A stretch of DNA of 32,000 nt from Ignicoccus pacificus DSM 13166 (GTDB lineage: Archaea > Thermoproteota > Thermoprotei_A > Sulfolobales > Ignicoccaceae): positions 1,110,001 through 1,142,000 of the forward strand of contig CP006868.1 in NCBI GenBank assembly GCA_025340205.1. Direction: 5' to 3'. The notes beneath the pieces were generated by a model. That model was not told the origin of the DNA. It made no database searches and saw only the letters and a list, made by a program, of their open reading frames with translations. Below, piece by piece: positions 6,994 to 14,738 of this stretch; the stretch's first letter is position 1; each line of letters begins with the position of its first letter. A program made the position numbers and the translations under genes.

Positions 6994-8250
6994 ATGAGGG
7001 TACGCTACGAGATCTATGGATGCGCAGTAATGAAGGGAGAGGCCCTCAACGCCTTGGAGGAGCTGAGGAGGAAAGGGGTCGAGGTAAGCGAGGAAGGAGG
7101 AGACGTAGCGATAATCTTCACTTGTACGGTCAGGAGCGAGACAGAACAGAGAATGCTATCAAGAATAGAAAGGCTTAGGGAGGAGCATCAAAGGGTAATA
7201 GTGACCGGGTGCTTGGCCTCAGCTCAGCCGGGACTGATCAAGAAGATGTTCCCCGACGTCTCGATAGTTTCAAACGGCCAAATGCACAAGCTCTACGATG
7301 CTGTAATCGGGAAGGAGATGTACTTGCTTGGCTACGAGAGGCCTAGGGATTGGCTAAGGGAACCTCCCAAGGGAGAGATCTTAGTGGTTCCAGTTGCTGA
7401 TGGATGCTTGGGAAATTGCACCTTCTGCATAACTAAGGCGGCGAGGCCTATCCTCAGGAGTCAGAGCCCTAGCTCGATAATCGATTATATCAAGAAGGGA
7501 ATAGAGAAAGGAGCCAAGGAGATATGGCTTACCGCTCCAGATCTAGCGGCTTATGGAAGAGACATTGGAATCACCTTGGTTGACTTGCTTGATAAGGTAC
7601 TGAGGACGATACCGGAAGACGTTAAGATAAGGATAGGGATGATGAATCCTGATACCTTTGAGGAGATTATGGATGAGTTAATGGAATTGATGAGCGATAA
7701 GAGGGTTTACAAGTTCTTTCACTTGCCCTTGCAGAGCGGAAGTAATAGAATGCTTAAGTTAATGGGAAGGAAGTACACGTATGAGCAATATAGGGAGATA
7801 GTGGAGAAGGTCAGGAGGAAGTTCGTGGATCCTACCATAGCTACGGATATACTGATAGGATTTCCCGGAGAAGAAGAGGAGGACTTCCAGTTAACCCTCA
7901 AGGCGATAAGGGAGATGGCTTTTGAGAGGGTTCACATGGCCGCCTATACTCCAAGACCTCTAACCATAGGGGCAAGGATGAGGCAAGTGAGGGAGGACGT
8001 GAAATCCAAGAGAGTAAAGATAGCGTATAGCCTAATGATGAAGGTAGGAGAAGAGGTACACAAGAGATACTTGGGAGGAATCTTCAAGGCAAGGGTGAGC
8101 GAGTTCGATGAGAAGTATAGTACCTTTGTGGCCAGACTACACAACTACGTGCCGGTGGTGTTGAAAGGTAACCTAAAGATCGGAGAGGAAGCAAGGGTAA
8201 AGATAACGGATTACACCTTCTATGATTTGAGAGGAGAGGTCATTCGTTAA
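6994..8250 (+). CDS. Radical-SAM methylthiotransferase, archaeal MiaB-like/MtaB (CDKAL1-type) tRNA modification enzyme
   Basis: N-terminal UPF0004 Cys triad context (YGCAVM.., FTCTVR.., TGCLA). Radical SAM CxxxCxxC is ADGCLGNCTFC. A C-terminal TRAM-like segment is present (ARVKITDYTFYDLRGEV). Confidence 0.8.
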   Translation: MRVRYEIYGCAVMKGEALNALEELRRKGVEVSEEGGDVAIIFTCTVRSETEQRMLSRIERLREEHQRVIVTGCLASAQPGLIKKMFPDVSIVSNGQMHKLYDAVIGKEMYLLGYERPRDWLREPPKGEILVVPVADGCLGNCTFCITKAARPILRSQSPSSIIDYIKKGIEKGAKEIWLTAPDLAAYGRDIGITLVDLLDKVLRTIPEDVKIRIGMMNPDTFEEIMDELMELMSDKRVYKFFHLPLQSGSNRMLKLMGRKYTYEQYREIVEKVRRKFVDPTIATDILIGFPGEEEEDFQLTLKAIREMAFERVHMAAYTPRPLTIGARMRQVREDVKSKRVKIAYSLMMKVGEEVHKRYLGGIFKARVSEFDEKYSTFVARLHNYVPVVLKGNLKIGEEARVKITDYTFYDLRGEVIR

Positions 8251-9349
8251 CCCTTCCCTCCACGTTTAACGGCCTTGCCAGCTCCGGCGGAGACCTCCCG
8301 AACCACTCCTCTATACCGTAGATCACGCTGAAGGCAGTAGTTATTACGTAGAAGAACCACGCTATTACGTAAAGCAGTGAGGCATAGTAGAGGAGCCAGA
8401 CCTCGTTCAAATGGTGTAGGTAGAGGTGAATTGTTGAAATGCTGTAAGCTGCCACGGGAAAGACGAAGGCCCACCAGCTCTCCGCGAATCTGAGCTCTTT
8501 CTTCTTTAGATAGTGTATCGTCACTAGGAGTACTACTGGGAACAGAAGTCCAGCTAGTCCCCAGAAGGTGTAGTAGAACATGTCGAAGAATGATGTTAAG
8601 TACTTGCTTAAGGTAGCTGCTTCCAAGGCGGCCTTCTTGAGAACTGTGTGATATTCGTGAGGTCCTAGGCCCAGAAGCATTTCATAAGCCATTGGAGCTA
8701 TCGCTGGAGGAGCGAAGTTGATCCAAGTGGCTGGAACCAGCCTAGAAGGCGGAGGGTTGTGAAATATCGACCTGTAGAGCCAGATGGTGAAGAGTGCCAA
8801 CCACATTATAACTCCTGTTCCCAAATAGATACCTAATAAGCTCTTTATTCCGCTTAACCCCAAGGATGAGCCTATGTAAGGGACTAGGACGTTTCCTACC
8901 GCCGGCATGTACCAGCCGGGGTTCATCAGGTGGACTTCGATGCCTTCGTGAACTATGAAGCTGTAGATTATAACGATGAAGAAGAGCGTGTGGAGAACTG
9001 CTCCGAGCGTTAGGAACGCTAGACCTATAGCTTTGTCTCCAATGACTACCCCCCAGTCGAGGGCTAGCAACATAGTTGCAATGCTTATGGTGGTTATGAA
9101 AGGTCCCTTGATAGGATCCTTCAATGCTTCAAGGAACTCTCTTCTCACTAGGGCTACTTTTATAATAAAGAAAAAAGAGATTATTAGGTATATTATTGTG
9201 TTCAAGTACGCTATAGCGTGAGAGAGGTCTACGAGCGTTCCTAAATGGGAGGCCTTGCCTAGCGCGAAGCTGCTGAGGGCTATGGCAGAGGTCGCTAAGT
9301 TGAAAGAGAACCATGCCACACTCATCTTCTTTATTCTTTCAATTAGCAT
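8240..9349 (-). CDS. TDT/SLAC1-family anion or C4-dicarboxylate transporter (TehA/Mae1-like) membrane protein
   Basis: 369 aa with about 10 hydrophobic segments. N-terminal WFSFNLATSAIALSS and LKDPIKGPFITTISIATMLLA resemble TehA/Mae1-family signatures. The start could instead be the second Met (MSVAWF). Confidence 0.55.
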   Translation of the reverse strand: MLIERIKKMSVAWFSFNLATSAIALSSFALGKASHLGTLVDLSHAIAYLNTIIYLIISFFFIIKVALVRREFLEALKDPIKGPFITTISIATMLLALDWGVVIGDKAIGLAFLTLGAVLHTLFFIVIIYSFIVHEGIEVHLMNPGWYMPAVGNVLVPYIGSSLGLSGIKSLLGIYLGTGVIMWLALFTIWLYRSIFHNPPPSRLVPATWINFAPPAIAPMAYEMLLGLGPHEYHTVLKKAALEAATLSKYLTSFFDMFYYTFWGLAGLLFPVVLLVTIHYLKKKELRFAESWWAFVFPVAAYSISTIHLYLHHLNEVWLLYYASLLYVIAWFFYVITTAFSVIYGIEEWFGRSPPELARPLNVEGRVNE

Positions 9350-9794
9350 ATCCTAACTCCCGAGTTAGGGTGACCTAACTCTTTATGAATCTTTCTTCTA
9401 AGTTCTTTCCTCTTCCAAGTTAACCATTTCCATAGATCCTCATTGCTACTCTCGTTACTTCTTATTTACACTTCTCCATGAGCACACTTCAGAACATTTA
9501 TGGTCTCCTTTCTTCCCTTCACCTTGAGCTCTATTCGAATAAGCAACTTCAAAGTTCAATTAGCTTTATGATCAAGCAATTCTTTCCATTATCACATACA
9601 TGGGAACGCCGATGATAATGAACTCGTTCGTTTGACCATTAGTTTCAGTTAGATAATTCTAACTATTGGAAGTAGAGCAAAACTGTTCCCACGAAGGCTT
9701 AAGTATTCAGAGTTAATGAAGCAAGTAAATCAAGGCAATGGGAAAGGAATGGCTTATTAGCTAATGGAAGAACTAGTTAAATAGGAGGGTCACG
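9350..9794 (+). promoter_or_regulatory. AT-rich non-coding CRISPR leader, also holding the divergent transporter promoter at its left end
   Basis: About 445 nt without a credible ORF and visibly AT-rich. It abuts the intact-repeat end of the array. TTAAATA (9776-9782) lies just upstream of repeat 1. Confidence 0.6.
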
Positions 9795-11063
9795 GAAGAG
9801 TCACAATAGTGAATAGAAAGTTAGGGTTGAGCTGCACTCCGTTGATCTTGACCTTGGCACCGGAAGAGTCACAATAGTGAATAGAAAGTCAACACCGCCG
9901 CCGCTGACCCGTCGGTCAAAGATACCGAAGAGTCACAATAGTGAATAGAAAGACCTCGCTATGGCCCACCATAGGCATGGTGCTCTCGGCGGTATGAAGA
10001 GTCACAATAGTGAATAGAAAGTCGTTACAAGTACGGATGAATTTGTCGGAACTGTTGTTGTAAGAAGAGTCACAATAGTGAATAGAAAGGCTTTTAGGAA
10101 CTCTAATCCCTTCTTCCTCTTCAAGCTTGTCCCAGGAAGAGTCACAATAGTGAATAGAAAGCAAGGCTCAGCAGGGCGGTGCTGTGGTCGCACCACCCAG
10201 CACGAAGAGTCACAATAGTGAATAGAAAGTTTTCAGAAATTTTTGCGTTTTTGTGAGCGGTATGGAGCGAATTGAAGAGTCACAATAGTGAATAGAAAGA
10301 CGATAATTGTGAATGGAAATTCCTGGTCGAACGAGCGATGAAGAGTCACAATAGTGAATAGAAAGCTTCTTCACGTTCTTTATTCCGGCCGGCGGCCCTA
10401 TCGCGAAGAGTCACAATAGTGAATAGAAAGGCTCTGCACTCGCTTACCATTCTCATTACCATAGCGAGGACGTGAAGAGTCACAATAGTGAATAGAAAGG
10501 GACGATTCGCTTCGAAACTGCCCGGGCCCAGCTTTCCAATGAAGGAAGAGTCACAATAGTGAATAGAAAGCTAACCGCCTCCCAGCCGTGCCACGGGACG
10601 ACGTCGGGAAGGGCGTGAAGAGCCACAATAGTGAATAGAAAGCTATCGGCGAGTTCGTGAAGTACGTCAACGACATGATAGGAGAAGAGTCACAATAGTG
10701 AATAGAAAGGCTTAGATATAGGGTAGCGCAGATAGTGAGATTCGCATATGGGAAGAGTCACAATAGTGAATAGAAAGAAGCCGAGAATTTGTATCAGTCA
10801 AATGAATTATCCAAACATCAGGAAGAGTCACAATAGTGAATAGAAAGCACCTATCTATTTTATTATTTAGGTATTTAGGTTATGAAGGTGAGAAGAGTTA
10901 CAATAGTGAATAGAAAGAAGAGAACTATCAGTACGTGGACAAGCTTTACGACTTGAGCGGGAAGAGTTACAATAGTGAATAGAAAGTCCCGGCATTCTCA
11001 CGACGTCCTCGTAGATCGTTATCGCCCTTGGAGAGTTACAATAGTGAATAGAGTGAATAGAAT
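9795..11063 (+). CRISPR. CRISPR array: 19 repeats (26 nt, GAAGAGTCACAATAGTGAATAGAAAG) and 18 spacers of 38-46 nt
   Basis: Hand-mapped repeat starts: 9795, 9863, 9927, 9996, 10064, 10136, 10204, 10274, 10340, 10405, 10474, 10545, 10617, 10684, 10752, 10822, 10892, 10961, 11030. Repeat 13 has T7C, repeats 17-19 have C8T, and repeat 19 is degenerate. The + strand is assigned because the repeat ends in ATAGAAAG (8-nt handle type) and decay is at the right end. Confidence 0.97.
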
Positions 11064-11159
11064 ATCTTTCATTATTTAATGAGAATGATCCTAAATCGAT
11101 AGATTTATCACGTTTTATCTATAAGGATTAGAACCCTTGACGCTTCGAGCTAGACAGAG

Positions 11160-11684
11160 GTGACAGCAACTACGCTTTGCCCTGAACTCTCATTCAAAGA
11201 ATTCGACGCCTTGGAGGATTTACAAAGCGTAGCTAGGTCTTACTTGTACGTGGTCTTCAAAATTGAAGACATGGAGATTAAATTTGATTTGTTGAGATCA
11301 ATGAGACTAGCCTTTGAGAGGGTGCTCCAAGAATTCGGACTTAGAGAGAAACCCATTCTAGATAGTATAGAAGCCGGCGTTGTCGGAGCCTTAAGGGCCT
11401 TGTATCATGAGATATCTAAGAAGCTCTTTGGAATATATTCGGTAAAGGTAATAAATAGCAAGAAGAAGGGCAGGAGATTACAAATATCTTCCAAGGAAGG
11501 GACGGAGGAAGTAAAGCTAACCAAGGAAGAGCTCGAGGAACTGCTCAAAGTAATTGAAAACTATGACAAGTACTCATATAGGATAAACGAGAGCACAACT
11601 TCAGTAACCTATGAGCTACTCAATCCAAAGTTGATATATGAAGTCATAAAGTTAATATGTGAGAGAAGGGCAGGGGAGCTTTAA
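11160..11684 (+). CDS. Hypothetical protein (174 aa), low-GC, next to the CRISPR trailer
   Basis: GTG-start ORF with a Lys/Glu/Ile-rich product and no recognised motif. Codon usage is visibly more AT-rich than the neighbouring rpl10e. Confidence 0.45.
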   Translation: MTATTLCPELSFKEFDALEDLQSVARSYLYVVFKIEDMEIKFDLLRSMRLAFERVLQEFGLREKPILDSIEAGVVGALRALYHEISKKLFGIYSVKVINSKKKGRRLQISSKEGTEEVKLTKEELEELLKVIENYDKYSYRINESTTSVTYELLNPKLIYEVIKLICERRAGEL

Positions 11685-11722
11685 TTAAAACCTCCTAGTC
11701 CCAACCTCAAGGGGATCGGACT

Positions 11723-12241
11723 ATGGCGAAGCCTGCTAGGTGCTTCACGAAGAGGCATGCTAAGGCCTTCAGCGGCCCGCCCTACACCAGGAAGGAGTAC
11801 ATACACGGAGCTCCCATGCCCAAGGTAGTGAAGTGGGTAATGGGTAACCCTAAGGTTGAGGCCGACGTGGAGCTAAGGCTGGTCGCCTTAGAGAGGGCTC
11901 AGATAAGGCACAACGCCTTGGAAGCGGCGAGAGTTATGGTTCACAAGAACCTCTCCAGCGCTATAGGTGAGAGCAACTACGTCTTCATAATCAAGAGGTA
12001 TCCCCACCACGTGCTAAGGGAGCACAAGTTCATGGCCTTCGCCGGAGCGGACAGATTGCAAGAGGGTATGAGGCACGCCTTCGGAAAGCCCGTGGGACTG
12101 GCCGCTAGGGTCTACCCTGGCTATGACATCTTGGTGGTAAGGACCAAGAAGCAGTACGTCGACAAGGTCAAGGAGGTCTTGAAGATAGCTGCCTCCAAGA
12201 TGCCCATACCCTGTACCATCGAGATAAAGGAACTTAAGTAG
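11723..12241 (+). CDS. rpl10e: 50S ribosomal protein L10e (uL16)
   Basis: MAKPARCFTKRHAKAFSGPPYTRKEYIHG.P..K... and RYPHHVLREHKFMAFAGADRLQEGMR are characteristic L10e blocks. A T5 run follows directly after the stop. Confidence 0.9.
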   Translation: MAKPARCFTKRHAKAFSGPPYTRKEYIHGAPMPKVVKWVMGNPKVEADVELRLVALERAQIRHNALEAARVMVHKNLSSAIGESNYVFIIKRYPHHVLREHKFMAFAGADRLQEGMRHAFGKPVGLAARVYPGYDILVVRTKKQYVDKVKEVLKIAASKMPIPCTIEIKELK

Positions 12242-12380
12242 CTACTTTTTAATACCTAATTCTCTTAGCTCTGTTAGAGGGAATGAAAGATGGAGAGAAC
12301 GGAAGTTCAAGAAGAAAAGAAGGAGTTCATAGAGGTGAAGTATCCAAACAATCCCTACTGGGCAGCATCTTTGTAACGAC

Positions 12381-12388
12381 TTTTAACA
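12381..12388 (+). promoter_or_regulatory. TATA-like box for the ATPase gene (a leaderless transcript is implied)
   Basis: TTTTAACA is centred about 26-27 nt upstream of the ATG at 12411. That is the usual archaeal TATA-to-TSS spacing. Confidence 0.35.
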
Positions 12389-12410
12389 CAATCCTTTACG
12401 GGTCAAGGGC

Positions 12411-13493
12411 ATGTATTTCACTGTCCTGGAAGCGGAGTTTAGAAACTTCAGGGGCCTTCAAGGGACAGTAAGGTTTGGAAAGGGGCTGAATTTAATCTTA
12501 GGTCCCAATAGTGCGGGAAAGACCACCCTCTTGGAAGCTGTGGCGTTTTCTCTCATACCTCATCTCTCCGAGGTAGCTGAGTTCGCAGACTTCCTAATGA
12601 TGATGGAGGCTTCAAGGGGTAGTGTAAGACATTCTTTCTCTTCAATGATTTCGGGAGAGGATGCCGAAGCGTGTTTGAAGATGAACACGCTAAGTGATGC
12701 CAAAAAGATTTGCATAAATTTAACAAAAAAGGAATATCTAATTAGTATACCAGGAGAATATGAAGGTGTAATGAAAAGGGTTGAGGTCATTGTAGAAAGT
12801 AGCAATGGAAATAGTATCCAATTCATCTTCGATAAAAGAGGATATGGATTTAGGGTAAAACACTCAAAAAGAGGACTTAGTGGAGGAATTGCAGTAATAC
12901 CAAGCGGGGTTCTTCCGTATAATAGGACTGAAGCCAGAATAGGTACATTAAAGAGGAAAAACCCAGATATCTTACAAAAATTTATCATTTCAATAGGAGA
13001 CAAGAAGTATTCTATAGACTTGGCAACTGATGAATGGGATGAAGCGTTAGTTATGGTTGTCGAGAAAGATAAACTTTATCCTTTCTATTCTATAGGAAAG
13101 GGGCTGCAAAGAGCTTTTCAAATCATGATCTTTGGTGCATTATATGATTTACTATTGATTGATGAGATAGAAAGCTCAATGCATCCAGAGCTCTTAGCCC
13201 ACATATCACTATACATCACCGAGCTTGCAAAAGAAAGACAAATTATAGTGACAACTCAGAGTTTAGAAGCATCTATGTTCTTGGCCTCGGCGGCTTTGGG
13301 CTTAAAACCGACTACGGATAGAGAACATATTTTAGAAAAGTTAGAAGAAACGGCCGAGGAACCCTTGTTCAACTTGATAATAATTGATACTTACGATGGA
13401 CGCATGAAATCGGCAACTCTTTCCGGTAAGAGTGCCATACGTAAACTTGTAGGTATGGATGACGTGAGATTGAGTTACAAGTTCTTGAGGTGA
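12411..13493 (+). CDS. ABC/AAA_21-type (OLD/AriA/RloA-like) ATPase
   Basis: Walker A is GPNSAGKTTLLEA (K37). A signature-like YSIGKGLQRAF is present. Walker B/D-loop is LLLIDEIESSMHPELL, followed by IIVTTQS. A long variable insert lies between Walker A and the signature, as in SMC/ABC-like AAA_15/AAA_21 proteins. The sequence is low-GC. Confidence 0.75.
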   Translation: MYFTVLEAEFRNFRGLQGTVRFGKGLNLILGPNSAGKTTLLEAVAFSLIPHLSEVAEFADFLMMMEASRGSVRHSFSSMISGEDAEACLKMNTLSDAKKICINLTKKEYLISIPGEYEGVMKRVEVIVESSNGNSIQFIFDKRGYGFRVKHSKRGLSGGIAVIPSGVLPYNRTEARIGTLKRKNPDILQKFIISIGDKKYSIDLATDEWDEALVMVVEKDKLYPFYSIGKGLQRAFQIMIFGALYDLLLIDEIESSMHPELLAHISLYITELAKERQIIVTTQSLEASMFLASAALGLKPTTDREHILEKLEETAEEPLFNLIIIDTYDGRMKSATLSGKSAIRKLVGMDDVRLSYKFLR

Positions 13494-13501
13494 ACTGATG
13501 A

Positions 13502-13957
13502 ATGAAAGTTATGGCTTACGTAGAAGGATGTCTAGATAAAGTGCTCTTAGAGCAATTACTTCGCAAATCTTGTAGAACGGATCAATACTATGTGGAGATT
13601 CAGATTACTGGTGGAGGAGAAGCTCCAATGAGACAAGCCCTCGACGAAATCTCAAATAATATAGGAAAATATGTTATCATAGCTATTGATTCTGATGACA
13701 TGCCTCGAGAAAAAGTGAAAACGTTCGAAAATATGCTTAGTGAAGCTGGCATTGAAATAATTAAAAAAGAGGAAATAGATAAAACAAACAAAACTATAAC
13801 GCTGTATAGAGTTAACGTCACGAAGGATTCGTCAGTAAATGTTATCCTCCTTCAATGGCATCCAACTGCGGAAGGAATACTGTGGAGAGCCTTGTACGAA
13901 TCGAAGGGATGCGAAGAAGTGTTACCTCCTAGATGTTGCGTAAACGAGATGTTCTAA
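13502..13957 (+). CDS. Small Toprim-like protein (DUF4435/DUF4276-type), putative nuclease partner of the ATPase
   Basis: 151 aa starting 8 nt after the ATPase stop. N-terminal AYVEGCLDKVLLEQLL (E8) plus YVIIAIDSDD (D63/D65) matches the Toprim Glu ... DxD arrangement seen in OLD/DUF4435-type partners of AAA_21 ATPases. Confidence 0.5.
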   Translation: MKVMAYVEGCLDKVLLEQLLRKSCRTDQYYVEIQITGGGEAPMRQALDEISNNIGKYVIIAIDSDDMPREKVKTFENMLSEAGIEIIKKEEIDKTNKTITLYRVNVTKDSSVNVILLQWHPTAEGILWRALYESKGCEEVLPPRCCVNEMF

Positions 13958-13970
13958 AAAGTGTCCGAAA

Positions 13971-14177
13971 GTGTATGTGAAGATGGAAGTCATAGCGTTA
14001 ATGACTAGCTGCAGGGGAAAAGACACTTTAGTTCTTGCCAGTGGGGAGGGAAAGTGTGGTGTGGACTTAAGAGGAACACTTGAAGCGTTGGGTTCCTTTA
14101 AGACTAAGAGTCTAAGTACTTATGTCGACAATCTTAAAACTGCATGTAAGAAGCTTAAGCACAACTCCTCACTTTAA
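13971..14177 (+). CDS. Small ORF (68 aa) of unknown function; could be a third island gene or a frameshifted tail of the Toprim-like gene
   Basis: ORF in a different frame, 13 nt after the 13957 stop, within the same low-GC stretch. No motif recognised. Confidence 0.2.
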   Translation: MYVKMEVIALMTSCRGKDTLVLASGEGKCGVDLRGTLEALGSFKTKSLSTYVDNLKTACKKLKHNSSL

Positions 14178-14212
14178 ATCATCCCTATCCTTCGGACCTC
14201 GGGTAGGAAGAG

Positions 14213-14737
14213 TTGAGCGACTTCAACGTTACGGTAGCCTGTTGGAGGGGTAAGGAGATAAAGGCAGAGGCGGAGTTGAGGAGCTACTGGGACAAGGAGT
14301 TCTACGTGGTCAGGAGGCAACCGAGCCTACTCATAATAAAGCACAAGGGAGATCCCTTTGAAGCCGTGAAGAAGCTAAAGGAGATGGTTGATCCTAGGTA
14401 TACCACCCTCCTCAAAGCCATACCTTACGACTACAGCGTTCCCGCAGACATCAATGAGGTGGTTAAGGCTGTTGAGAAGGCGGCCAAGAAGATCCCAGAG
14501 GGAGAGACCTTCAGGATAACCCTCCAAGGTCCCATATTCGAGCTGAGGGGAGACGACTGGGTGGAGTTGGATAGGGAGGAAGTGATTAGAAGAGTGGCTG
14601 AGGTCGTCAAGAGACCCGTTAACTTGACCCAACCCCAGTGGGTAGTTTACATCAAGAGCCTTCCTCTTAGAGGAATCCAACAAGCCGGAATAAGCGTTCA
14701 CAGACCGGAATGGATATTTACCGTCAAGCCCTATTGA
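14213..14737 (+). CDS. THUMP-domain protein (putative RNA-binding/modification factor)
   Basis: 174 aa, TTG start. ETFRITLQG......EEVIRRVAEVVKRPVNLTQPQWVVYIKSL....AGISV follows the THUMP pattern (f.v...r.g....s.e....g..i....V.L..Pd..i.v). Confidence 0.5.
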   Translation: MSDFNVTVACWRGKEIKAEAELRSYWDKEFYVVRRQPSLLIIKHKGDPFEAVKKLKEMVDPRYTTLLKAIPYDYSVPADINEVVKAVEKAAKKIPEGETFRITLQGPIFELRGDDWVELDREEVIRRVAEVVKRPVNLTQPQWVVYIKSLPLRGIQQAGISVHRPEWIFTVKPY

Positions 14738-14738
14738 G

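Noticed and set aside
9916-10196. Track ORFs 9916..10164 and 10002..10196 (minus strand) with repetitive FTIVTL peptides
   Set aside because: They lie entirely inside the CRISPR array. The repeated peptide is just the translated repeat, so they are not genes.
11085-11135. Short inverted repeat ATAGAT-N12-ATCTAT in the CRISPR trailer
   Set aside because: It is only a 6-bp stem in very AT-rich DNA, which is expected by chance.
12283-12471. 62-aa track ORF and a 28-aa ATG ORF (12290-12376, MERTEVQEEKKEFIEVKYPNNPYWAASL) upstream of the ATPase
   Set aside because: The 62-aa ORF overlaps the ATPase start and its putative TATA box and looks non-protein-like. The 28-aa ORF is too short to support without expression or conservation data. 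It is worth a glance in Ribo-seq.
9350-14212. Search for cas genes, an integrase/transposase, or flanking direct repeats defining a mobile element around the array and ATPase island
   Set aside because: I found no Cas-like, integrase-like or transposase-like ORF, and no convincing att-type direct repeats by eye. The foreign-DNA interpretation rests only on composition and gene content.
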